A DNA stretch of 64,000 nucleotides, from NCBI RefSeq assembly GCF_004010195.1, contig NC_057731.1, positions 33,826,225 to 33,890,224 on the forward strand. Direction: 5' to 3'. Positions within the stretch are counted from its first letter, which is position 1. Each line of letters begins with the position of its first letter. The translations under genes were made by a program, and so were the position numbers. This DNA is from Chiloscyllium plagiosum. Taxonomy: Eukaryota. The notes beneath the pieces are model-generated. The model saw only the letters and a list, made by a program, of their open reading frames with translations, was not told the DNA's origin and made no database searches. Of this stretch, positions 21,596 to 33,720 are shown piece by piece.

Positions 21596-24500
21596 TTAGT
21601 CTCAATTAACATGGCATTGACTTTGGGCTTCACGTATCTTGTGCCTTGCATCATTATGCACATTGTGAACGTAGACTTTTTCTGGTTTTAATTTATTTAA
21701 AATAGTGGAAGTGTAGGACTCTCATCAATATAGACTTTAGCTGCTATTTATATCAAAATTTGTAAAGGTTATTTCTTGCTTTAGTTATGGCTGCCTTATA
21801 TGGGAGTTTTCTGCTAAGGATTACAATTAGGACAAAGACTACTATTTACTAATTTTATTGGGTGATAAAAGTTAGCGTAAAATTGAAAGGCCCCAAATTT
21901 CGGGTCTGTTTCTATGGACAGAATGTTCCCACTTTCTGTTAATGTTTATTCAAGCTCAAGTCATTGTACCTGGTCCAACATAGTTTGTAACAAGATATCT
22001 CACACAACCTTCTGCTCTCACTTCATTGATAGTATGACCAGGCTCCTGCAAAATTTTATTAGGTGATTATATGGCTGGATAGAGAGAAGTACTTGCCACA
22101 GCTGGAGCCTTCTGTCTTTCACTCATCTGACACCATTTTTAAAAGGCAGCTATATGCCATTTCTGATGCTGAAAGTCAGAGTGACAACGCACACTGTGGT
22201 GCTTGATCATTATTACAAATCACATGGCCCAACAGAAAAGAAAGTTAGCTGCTTGCTTTGTGCACAGGAACCTGGAAGTATTAGTAGACATGGAGAAAGC
22301 AGCCATTTGCAGGAGGCCATGCCGGCAGTTCAAGCCAACTTTGATGGAAATTGCAAGTGAATTGGAATAGCCACCTATATGGGAAGAAGGTCAATGATCT
22401 TCTGCCACCATATTTAATGCCACCATCTCTGCTACCTCTCACTCACATGGCCAGCACCCATTCTAACTCTACCACTTTACACAACTCACTAAGGCAACCC
22501 TCAATATTGCATGCATCATGCCCACTCAATCGCTCTCACCCACCTCATCCTCCCAAAAACTAACCCTTCCTATCCTCAACATTTCCTATTTACTGCCTGG
22601 GGCACCTCAGCATCTCTCCTGCTAATGCATCATACTAATTTTCATCCAAGGTCCATAATAATTAATTCCCTCCTTTGACTTGTTGCAGTAAAAGCTGGCC
22701 CAGCCCAAGTGGGCTGAACAGTAATAAATGAAATTTAATCCTGAGATGTGAGACAATTTTGGGAGACAAATAAGGCAAGTAAGTACATGTATAATGGTAG
22801 GACCCCAGGAAGCCCAGATGGACTTTGATATGCATATCCATGGATCCTTGAAGGCAGCAGGACATAAAGATAAGGTGGTCAAGACAGCAAATGGGATATT
22901 GGACTTTATTGGTCAAGATATTGAATACAAGAGCAAGGAGGTTATAAAGGAGCCTCTTTCTGGGCTGTAGAAACTCTATGAATCTATGAATATCTATTTG
23001 GCCTGCCAATGTTTTGGTCCCAGCTAATGAAACTACTGGACAAATCAGATCCCAGAATGAAACTTGGCTTGAACAGATCATATTTTTTACTTTTGCCATT
23101 GGTTATCTTACTGGGTGGATCCTGAGCATATTCACACAAGGGCTGCAGTGATCTTTTAATACAAGAACACAGGTTTGTTATTCAAAGAGGAAAAACAAAC
23201 ACTAACAAACCTATGTGTATATATGCATGCCAATTTGAAAATATCTTAACATAAACAGCCAAAACATTTTCCCCAAAAATATCCTTTTCAGATACTCAAT
23301 CCCAGAGAAATACCACTTGTTTCTTAATGCTTTATTGTTAATTGACTGACCACTTTTCCATCTTGGACTGTTGAAACGTTTTGACTTATTTTCAAATGTC
23401 AAACTCCTTTTCAGTTCTGACAGCCAAAAGTAATTTCTGCACAAACTCTTTCATCTTGGAGATTCTACAAACCCAACAAAACTGCCTTGCTGCTAGGATG
23501 AAACTGCGTTTCTGAACCAAAATCCAAATTCTTCTGCAGGAATGAATCTGGAATCTAATTCTTTTGAACTGAACTCAAACTAAACTGCCATTTGTTTTTC
23601 TGTACGTAAAATACTCAGCAGTTTAAAAACTCCATCAATCAGCACTGTTGGTATATGGCTCGGCTTTTACTAAGTCATATGTTTTCTTGGAAGTGATATG
23701 TTTAGGTCACTTTTCAAAATGGCTTTCTGACCTCTATTTTTAAAAAAAGGTTACCTTCACAACATTGAAACTAAAATTCATTTGTCTCTATTTGAAAAAT
23801 CCAAATTCCCAAATTATGATTTTATATATTGTAAACTTTCACAGGACTGACTGTGCCCTAACCACTCTGTGTGCAAAGGATCTAAGTTGCAAACAGAAGT
23901 TTGGAAAGAATTCCTTGGAGCTCAAATCTGTCACCTCTTGGTGGCAAACCCTTGCGGTCTGAGCACACTCCACCATGCAGTGAGATATGCAAATACGGGG
24001 AAAATGTCAAGAATTGCGCAAGACTAACAGTGCTTGTCCAAGTGCACAATGACCTTTGATATTTGGTACCAATGGCAGGGATGCCAATGCATTTCAGGTT
24101 ATCCCTGTATTGGGTACAGCAAATAGTAGAATGGGGCTAGAATCAAGCAAGGGACATGTGATGATGTGGGATAGGTAGTTTAATGAAGTGAGTTTGGTAA
24201 AATGCATTGAGGACATTTTCTAGGACCCATGGAGAGAAACATTCTGTGAAAACCCAACAAAACTGATACTTGGCCAAAAAGAGTAATATTCAGCCGCATA
24301 GATTGAAAAAAGTATGACTTGTTCCATCACCACTGTAGCTCTTCTTTGCAGAAGCTCATAATTCTCCTCCTGGCTATCTTTTCTCCATTTGCAGTGGTAT
24401 GGCCTTCTCTGTGTAAAGTGTTGAAACTTGGAAAGTACAGTAAGGGGGTTTTTACTAAATACAAATAAACCAAAAAGCAGTTCAAGTTATATCCAAGTTT

Positions 24501-25195
24501 CCAGCCACATTCAGAAGACAAACCTAAGCCTTGTGGTTCCAGTCCAATTTTGCCAGAATCTACTTGCTTCTCCCTGATATTAATCAATTTCTCAATATAA
24601 GTTGTATTAAATTCAATTTGTAACTTTGCTTTGTACTTGTTTTCATTCCCATCTTGGAACATGGAGTGCAATTTTACCCGCCCTGGTGTGACATGAGCAA
24701 TGGCAAGAAATGTGGGAAAATATGGTGAGAATTTTAAAAACACGTCTTTGATGTTGAGATTGTTTTCCTGATTTGCCCTTTAAGACATAAATGGTGACTT
24801 TAGGATCTCATTCTTGAGTGGCATCTCATTAGCGCCCCAACTCACTGTATTGCAATACTGCCAATTTTCCTCTTGTTCAACGCAAAAGCGGATGGCAAAA
24901 TTTCCCACAAATAATTCAGAGCGGTTACCTGGTAGCTGCCACTCTCCGAATATTTTTACTGACCATCATATAACTGCTTCTTCAGAGAAATGCCCATGCC
25001 CACCATCCTTTGTGGGACTTTATAACCTTGCAAGTTGGCAACAGCAAACTACCAGCCTCATCACCTCAGCATGCCTGCTCTCAGACTAACTCTGTCAACA
25101 CTTCAAGCCTTGAACAATTTGGAGCTCCGGAGCACTAATAATCTGTGTGCTTCCTCCAGGTCATTTTACACACAGTAACACGCACTTACCTCAAG

Positions 25196-26284
25196 GATAC
25201 AGAACTGGCTCAAAGGTTGAAGACAGAGGGTGGTGCTGGAGGGTTGTTTTTCATACTGGAGATCTATGACTAGTGGAGGGCCACAAGGACCAGTGCTGGG
25301 TCCACTACTTTTCGTTATTTATATAAATGATTTGATTGTGAGCATAAGAGGTATAGTTAGTAAGTTTGCTAATGACACCAAAACTGGAGGTATAGTGGAC
25401 AGTGAAGAAGATTACTTCAGATTACAACAGGATCTTGATCAGATGGGACAATGGGCTGAGAAGTGGCAGGTGGAGTTTAATTCAGATAAATGTGAGGTGC
25501 TGCATTTTGAGAAAGCAAATCTTAGCAGGACTTATACACTTAATGTTAAGGTCCTAAGGAGTGTTGCGGAACAAAGAGACCTTGGAGTGCAGGTTCATAG
25601 TTTCTTGAAAGTGGAGTCACAGGTAGCTAGGATAGTGAAGAAGGCATTTGGTATGCTTTCCTTTATTGGTCAGAGTATTGAGTACAGGAGTTGGGAGGTC
25701 ATGTTGCAGCTGTACAGGACACTGGTTAGGCCACTGTTGGAATATTGCATGTAATTCTGGTCTTTTTCCTATCGGAAAGATGTTGTGAAACTTGAAAAGG
25801 TTCCGAAAAGATTTATAGGATATTGCCAGGGTTGGAGGATTTGAGCTATAGGGAGAGGCTGAACAGGCTGGGGCTGTTTTCCCTGGAGTGCCGGAGGCTG
25901 AGGGGTGACCTTATAGAGGTTTACAAAATTATGAGGGGCATGGATAGGGTAAATCGACAAAGTCTTTTCCCTGGATTGGGGGAGTCCAGAACCAAAGGGC
26001 ATAGGTTTAGTGTGAGAGGGGAAAGATATAAAAGAGACCTAAGGGGCAACGTTTTCACGCAGAGGCTGGTATGTATATGGAATGAGCTGCCAGAGGAAGT
26101 GGTGGAGGCTAGTAAAATTGCAACATTTAAAAGCCATCTGGACAGGTATATGAATAGGAAGGGTTTGGAGGGATATGGGGTGGGTGCTGGCAGATGGGAC
26201 TAGATTGGTTTGGGATATCTGGTTGGCATGGACGGGTTGGAACGAATGGGTCTGTTTCCGTGCTGTACATCTTTATGACTCTAT
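25196..26284 (+). mobile_element. CR1-clade LINE (HER1-like), RT to 3' end
   Basis: SGGPQGPVLGPLLFVIYINDL...SKFANDTK RT motifs with an in-frame stop; 3' tail present. Confidence 0.93.
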
Positions 26285-26499
26285 CTGCATAGGATGCATC
26301 TCATGGCTCTCAGCTCACTTTCTTAATGCTCAATCACTTTGCGTTTACTCTGTATACTTCACATGGCTTCCTTCATGCTCACTTGCTGGCCTCAATACAG
26401 ATGTGTAGCCTGCTAGCCTCTGTGTGCCTCACATAACTTCTTTAAAAGACAAGGTCTTCAGTACTCAGTTACAGTTTCCCAGTTTCTCAGTGCAGAGGA

Positions 26500-27100
26500 A
26501 TTGGGAGGTGGTTTGTTATGGTGGGGAGCACTGAACAATCATAGGGATGGATATGTCACTATGTGTCATCGAGCTTTATCAACATGATGCTTGCTACATA
26601 TGCCAGCAGTTTATACTTCGCGCTTCAGGCATGTGACCATGTGTTACAGTCAGGAGATAGCAATCCTGGGGCAAAGGAGGACGACAGTCAGTGCTGGGAT
26701 TCTACTGCAGTCAGTCCTGGGGCTGATCTAATTCCAGTTCAGGGCTTAGCTATGGGCATTCAGGTACTTAGTTCTGCCAGTGTCTTGCAACCCATGTCCT
26801 TGGTGTTGTCCAGGCTTCAACCAGGGCCTCACTGGATCAGATGACAGGGCTGCTGAGGCTGCTGTTCTTGGATGTTCAAGGATAATCTGGACAGAGTGTA
26901 TCACATCACCCTGGCATGCTGTGTTCTGCACAATTGCAGCAGCTGATATGATAGATGCTGAAGAACTGGGAGAACAGGAGCAGTCTTCATGAGGAGGAAT
27001 ACATTGGGGAGGAGAAAGCTGACTTTGTCCATGACAGGGTTCAGCTACATTAGGTGATACAAGCCAGAGAGAACTTCACCTATACCCTGTTCCAAGAGAC
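26500..27100 (+). mobile_element. Degenerate PIF/Harbinger transposase remnant
   Basis: FIN...QACDH...PG...DS and RVYHITLACCVLHN followed by an acidic tract, the typical HARBI1-like motifs. Confidence 0.65.
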
Positions 27101-28934
27101 AAGAGCAAGGTGGACTGTAAATTAATATTTGTTCATGATGCAGAAATTCGATTTGCATTATCAGGAGTAACTTCAGCCTCTATTGATTTCTGTAAATCAA
27201 AGCTCCTAACTGTATTTGTCCAATTGTTCGTCTGTATGTGATGTTCCCCTACTGGACAACTTGTACTGCAGATCTACACTGGACAGTGGGGATAGAATGT
27301 ACAGACAGGTAAAGAGTGTAGCTTGATGGTTAAACATCAGCTATGGAGAGAGAATGGGATTGTATATGCAAGGGAGTGTCAGCCATGCTGGCTCTGGTCC
27401 ATGGGTAATATGGCTTGAAGGGCTGCTGTGCCATGACATTTCTGGTGAGGGGCAACACCTAATTGTCAACATTTATCTGGGTGCACAACGACCTTTCAAA
27501 GATGGCACAAACAGAAGGGTATCCACTGAGTGGCAAGTGACTTCAGGAAGGGCATGTGATAAAACGGGGTGGAGATGATATGTAACAGATATCAATGGGG
27601 CACACGGTCTGTAACTAATATGGTGAGTTTGCTAAGATATGGTGATAAAACCTGCTAGGTTGGTGGAAAAGTGTCCAAAAGACCTGATACAACTTGAACT
27701 TAAATAAAACAACGTAAGGTTCAGACCATAGTATCTGACAGTAGCAATGTCAGTATGCTAGGAGATAATTTCAAACCAGATGTTAAATCAATCTGCCTAT
27801 TCTTGAGGTCCTGATATTAGAGATTCTATGGCATAATTCAGAGATCAAGAAGTTCTCCTGATATCTTGACTAACATTCCTCACTCTACTGTGCCATTATT
27901 TACAGGCTATCTGGTCATTAATTCAACTGCTGTTCATTTGTTTGAATTTGTATTTTCCCCAACATTTACCTATATAAAGCAAAAGATTGTACCTCTATCA
28001 TTTTAGAATATTTGAGAAATGTGACAGTGTACCAGAAAATTTAAGGCATTTAAATTCTTTTAAAAAACAATTACAATAAAAATCTCTGTTCAATTCATAA
28101 CACATAACACTGAGCAATTGTACAGCTATTCTTAAAAAAAAATACAAAAATAATCTATAGGGTCAATTTTGCAATCCCGTTAGAGTATTGGCAGCTTTAT
28201 TATAAATGGTGAAATTTATGTGCTAGGTTATCATAAGTCTTTGTGCTTATAATTGCTTTGTATACTAATCTACCAGGACAAATGTAAACACAGAATATAA
28301 TTATTGCTCTGCTGAATAGAAATTACCCTAGCTACCATATTTAAAGATCAAGTAACATGTTTTCTCAACAATAGATGGTAAAGTTGCCTCAGTTACACCC
28401 AGAAACCAGGTTTTAATTATGCAAGATGACCTGAACAATGAAGGATCACCTTCTCGCATTTATAAAGCAGGAGAATTGTGGATATCATTTACATTGATGG
28501 ATGTTGTAAGCTGATCAGAGGACTTTGTTATCATTAGAACCTTCATGGTTTAGTTAATCTTGCTGTCTAGATATTCTAGGTTATTTCTCATGATTTTTGT
28601 CAAGAGAAAAAGAAAACAATCATCCCTTCTTCTTTATGCTGACACTTTGCTGGCACAATCCAAAATTCACCTGATGGCAAATAGACGTTTACTCTACAAA
28701 TGAAGAAAAGTGGGATTATTTTCACATTGGTAATTTGTTAAGTGGAACAGTTCACCATCACCCAGAGTCCCAGAAATTTGACTTCAAATGGAATTTTCAC
28801 ATTATCTTCTCCTGCACCTGAAGATATTTTTACAATACAATTTCAATTTCCACTGGCCGTTCTGGGTCAGGCACTGACACAATCTTGGGGAAGGGGTTGC
28901 ATAGTGGGACTGTCAGTAGACTAGTAATCCTCAG

Positions 28935-29902
28935 GCAATCCAATAGTAATCCACAGCTACCTGGGCTACAACTTCTCCCTCCCCCGTAAAAATGCTATCC
29001 CTTACTCCCAATTCCTCTGCCTCCATTACATTTGCTCCCAGACGGACCAATTCCACTCTAGCACATCCCAGATGGTCTCCTACTTCAAAGACCATAATTT
29101 CACCTCCCACATGGTCAACAATGCTGTCCAGCGCATCTCCTCCACTTCCTGCACCTCTGCCCTTGGACCCCACTCCTCCAACAACAACAAGGACATAAGA
29201 GGTGTAAATTCTGCGCCAATATCTCCCCACTCACCTCCATCCAATACCCCAAAGGATCCTTCCACATCTGACAGAGATTTTTCTGCACATCCAAACATCT
29301 CACCGACCATGCCCGTTGCTCTCGATGTGGTCTCCTCTACTCTGGGGAGACAGGATGCTGAATTGTGGAACATTTCTGAGACACACGTGCCATCAATCCC
29401 ACTGGCCTGTGGTTGACCACTTCAACTCCCACTCTCACTCTGCCAAGGGTGTGCAAGTCCTGGGCCTCCCCCACCACCAAACCCTAGCCACCCAACGCCT
29501 GGAGGAAGAAGACCTCATATTCTGCCTTGGGACCCTCCAACCACATGGGATCAATTTCAATTTCACCAGTTTCCTCATCTCCCCTCCCCCCACCTTATCC
29601 CAGATCCAACCCTCCAACTCGACACCACCCTCTTGAACTGTCCTACCGCACACCTTCATTCCCACCTATCTGCTCCACCCTCAACTCTGACCTATCACCA
29701 TCATTCCCCATCTGCATCTACCTATTGCATTCCCAACTATTTTTCCCCAGCCCCACCCCCCCATCCGTTTATCTCTCAGCACCCTTGGCTCCCCTCCACC
29801 TCCCACCACATTCCTGATGAAGAGCTCATGCTCGAAACATCATCTCTCCTGCTCCTTTGGATGCTGCCTGACTGGATGTGCTTTTCCAGCACCACAACGT
29901 TT
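28935..29902 (+). mobile_element. Degenerate PLE 3' fragment nested in a SINE
   Basis: Remnants such as MVSYFKDHNF, HFNSHSHS and RLEEEDLIFCLGTLQPHGIN. Terminal repeat has CTGATGA-A-GAGC-TCAT-GCTC-GAAA (29814-29837). 16-bp TSD GACTAGTAATCCTCAG (28919-28934 and 29903-29918). Confidence 0.85.
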
Positions 29903-30278
29903 GACTAGTAATCCTCAGAGCTATATTCTGGGGACATAGAAGCATTGAAACTAGTAGCAAACGCTCTGCCATTTAATATGGTTGTGGCTGATCCTGTATC
30001 AAATCCTACCATGGCAGATAACAAAATTTGAATTCAATAAAAATCTGGTATTAAAAGGCTAACCTAATGGCAACCATTACAACGTTGTCGATTGTTGTAA
30101 GTATTCATCTGGTAAACTAATCTTCTTTAGGAATAGAACTTTGCCATTCTTACTCGATCTGGTTGACATATGACTCCATACCCACAAACAATGTTAACTG
30201 CCCTCTGAAATGGCTTAGCAAGCCACTCAGTTCAATGCCAATTAGAACTGGGAAATAAATGTTGGCCATGCAGTGACA

Positions 30279-30500
30279 GAGTCGAGAGTGTGGTGCTGGA
30301 AAAGCATAGCCTGTCAGACAGCATCCGAGGAACAGGAGAATCGGCATTTTGGGCATAAGCCCTTTATCAGGATTTCTGATGATGGGCTTATGCCCAAAAC
30401 ATCAATTCTCTTGCTGCTCGGATGCTGACTGACAGGTTGTGCTTTTCGAGCACCACACTCTTGACTCTGATCTCCAGCATCTGCAGTCCTCACTTTCTCC
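30279..30500. mobile_element. Palindromic PLE-derived mini-element (older copy)
   Basis: Inverted arms of the same terminal repeat with a decayed hammerhead core. Confidence 0.8.
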
Positions 30501-31689
30501 GTGGGGTGACAGGCACATTCCAAAAATGAATTTCATAGAAAATCTCAGAACAGAGCAATGTGAGACTCTTAGGAGTTGATGGTACTGGCATCCCTTCACT
30601 TCAGTTTGACATTGCATGGATTTCAACTTCAAACTTGGTTGAAGGCTCAGGGTTCCTTTGACCGAAAAACATATTTAACCAACCTGCAAACTGAAAACAG
30701 AACACAGAATACTGAAAAAACCCAGCAGGTCTGGAATCATCTGTGAAGAGAGAAATCGAGTTAACATTTTAGATCCAAAATGATTCTTCTTCAGTTCTGA
30801 CATGGGCATTGCCACCTGCATTGTACAAACATTTTAAATTTAACTTAGGTGATGAGTAACATGCGTATGTGTAAGAATAAAAAAAAGCATCTGCAGAATG
30901 CAGAACTTGGCCTTTTACCAAAGTAAATGGAGCACCATACTGCCTACTTGAAAACCACAATCCTAGCTGCTATCTAAAACCTGTCTAAATACAGCCTCAA
31001 AGTTGTATGACCCAGCTTTGTACACTTGAAAACCAGTCACCTTAAGTCTTTCTTACAAAAGTTTCAATAACACTTTTCTTTCTGAATATAAAGATTGAGG
31101 GTAAATAGGCTGAAATGTTGAAGTGTTTTCTTCCACGATTACTTGTTCTGATATCAGTGTTATCAATTACCTAGTAATTGGTATAATAATTGGTTCCTTC
31201 TGGTGTTTATATTTTGTTTCTTGTAATATCCAGAGCCTTGCAATAAAGACCAAAAAAAATGTAAGAAAGGGAGGCTGATCACAGATGTACAAACTGTGCT
31301 CACTTGAAACTGTTCTCTCAAAATTTGAATATCCTGATTTAGAACAGTGCTGATACATTGAACTGGCATTTAATGAAAAGGTCACAGGAGTACAGCAACA
31401 ACTTGATTATTTAGCATCTTTAACATGGAAAAATATCTCATGGTGACTTTCCATAGGTGAAATCAGATAAAAATGGACAAAATATTAGGAGGGTCAAAAT
31501 GCTTTGGTTGAGAAGGTATGTCAGAAGCAAAGTCCGAAAGGTGGAGATTGAGTTGAAGATGTGGAGATACTTGGCAGTGTGTACTCTAAAGAATAAGCCT
31601 AGACAGCTCTAGGCATGGCCACCAGTCATGTGGAAAGCAGAATAGAGGATCCATATGAAGTTAAAATTAGAAGGTAGAGTTTGTTACAA

Positions 31690-33720
31690 GTTTACAACAG
31701 TCTGGCTTGAACTGTCTCTTCATTGAACAGTTGTAAGATCTCTGTGACCATGGTCACAGGACTATGGCAAGCCAATATTGCATATCTATCCAAGTGTTCT
31801 TTTTTTGCAAGGAAAATCCTATCATTTTCATTTATACTTGGGTTACCCAAGTTAGCTATGATGCACACACTGTTCTTCTACATGAGCAGTTTGTTACTGT
31901 TGTCAGTCTCTGCACATGCATTGTGGACACAGTGTTAAAATCATACTGGTCTCTTAAAGGTATCCATGCATGTTGTTGGTCATTCATCTAGATGAGGTTC
32001 CTTCTCTAGGGACTTTGGTTCACATATCACTTGTTGTCACAGTAACTTGTTCCATTTCCGTTGTTGAGATGCTGTCGACCTCTGGGACTGATGGTTAACC
32101 TGTGGTCTGTGCAGATGGTGAATTCGCATCTTCCTCACGTCTGTCTGCAGTCATAGAGTCATAGAGATGTACAGCATGGAAACAGACCCTTCAGTCCAAC
32201 TTGTCCATGCTGACCAGATATCTTAACCTAATTTAGTCCCATTTGCCAGCACTTGGCCCACATCCCTCTAAACCCTTCCTATTCATATACCCATCCAGAA
32301 TCCTTTTAAATGTTGTAATTGTACCAGCCTCCACCACTTCCTCTGGCAGCTCATTCCATACACACACTACCCTCTATGTGAAAAAGTTGCTCTTTAGGTC
32401 CCTTTTCTACCTTTCCCCTCTCACCCTAAACCTATGTCCTCTAGTTTTAGACTCCCCCACCCCATAGCAGGGAGACCAGAATCATATGCAATACTCCAGA
32501 AGTGGCCGAACCAGATGGCTCACAAATCCTGGGATGAATGAAGGAGTGAGGAGGTCTGTGCAAGTGCCAAAGTGACCACTGTTGAGTGACGCCATTCCCC
32601 CCCCACCATCTCTGTCCCTCCCCCAGCCCCATACCCACCCCTTCCCAACCTCCCCAACCCCCCCAAACCAGGTTTCAGCCTTTCCCTCAGTGTCTACCTG
32701 CTTGATTTTCCCTGTTCATATGGAAGACCTCAAAGGACTTTTGTTCCTTGGCATCTCACCAGCCTCCCCGTTGAGATTGTCTAAGTTCATCACTGTTGAC
32801 ATCATGGACTTCACGGAAGACAAGTCGATGCTTCCGGGATTGTTTGGCAAAATCACTGCTGTCCCCTGGGCAGTGGTAGTGACAACCTCTGTAATAGCTT
32901 CTCTAATTGTGCATGTATGCCCCTGATTGCGATCTGGCTGTTTACTTCTCCAGTGTACAAACACTGTAGGCAGGTCCCAGGTTGCCACTTGTTGAGAGTG
33001 TTAAAGACTCATACCCTGACTGGCTCTCCTGTGCTCAGTTCTTGCAATGGCTTGGTAGTTTTGTTGAAATGAAAAGTGGCTTTCTGCCATTTCACCTTGA
33101 TTTTGTCACTAATCGTTGTTACTACTTTGTGTTTCTTCAAAGAGTAGTTTGGATACAATATGATATTAATCTTTGAACTGGACTGTTTTCCATGCCTCAC
33201 GTGGGTATGATACTTCACTTGAAAATTGCCTTGTGTGTGTGTAATATATATACAATATATATACGCACATATGTGTGTGTGTATGATGGTGTATTTGCTT
33301 GATTCCTGTATGATCCCTTTGGCTATTTTTACTGCTGCCTCAGCTTTTCCGTCTGAGCAGTGACAATGTGAAGATGATGATTCGTGTTGAATTTCCCAAT
33401 CCTTGATGAAGAGGCTGAATTATTAAGTTGTGAATGGAGGGCTATTGTCACTCATCGCAATATCTGGAATGCTGGAACAACTGTAGCTTTCACACATTCC
33501 ACAATTTCACTGGTAGTCATTGAAGCAATGGTGACCAGATAATCACCTCCTGCAAAGACGATGCACTTTGGGATGTTATGTGTCATCAGCATCTCTCTAA
33601 CTTGTTCAGCTTGGTATTCATTGCAAGCACTGCACTGGTTATTGGTCCTTGATCACTGTACTTTGCTCATGTTTGACCAGATGACCACATCTACTGCACC
33701 TCAAGTTGCTCCGGCAACTA
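31690..33720 (-). mobile_element. Degenerate Gypsy/Ty3 LTR retrotransposon remnant (integrase and downstream), with nested insertions
   Basis: Minus strand IPDIAMSDNSPPFTT*...FIKDWEIQHESSS...SDGKAEAAVKIAK (33300-33475) and KPLQELSTGEPVRV. Boundaries are approximate. Confidence 0.75.
32150..32463 (-). mobile_element. CR1-clade LINE 3' end inserted in a Gypsy remnant
   Basis: Reverse complement of the 1-514 type sequence with a (catagagt)n tail. Confidence 0.85.

Noticed and set aside
24327-24743. 138-aa minus-strand ORF
   Set aside because: Non-ATG start, no recognisable domain, and no consistent exon chain to neighbouring sequence.
28400-28740. Exon-like splice signals on both strands
   Set aside because: Frames are short or stop-containing and cannot be joined to any gene.
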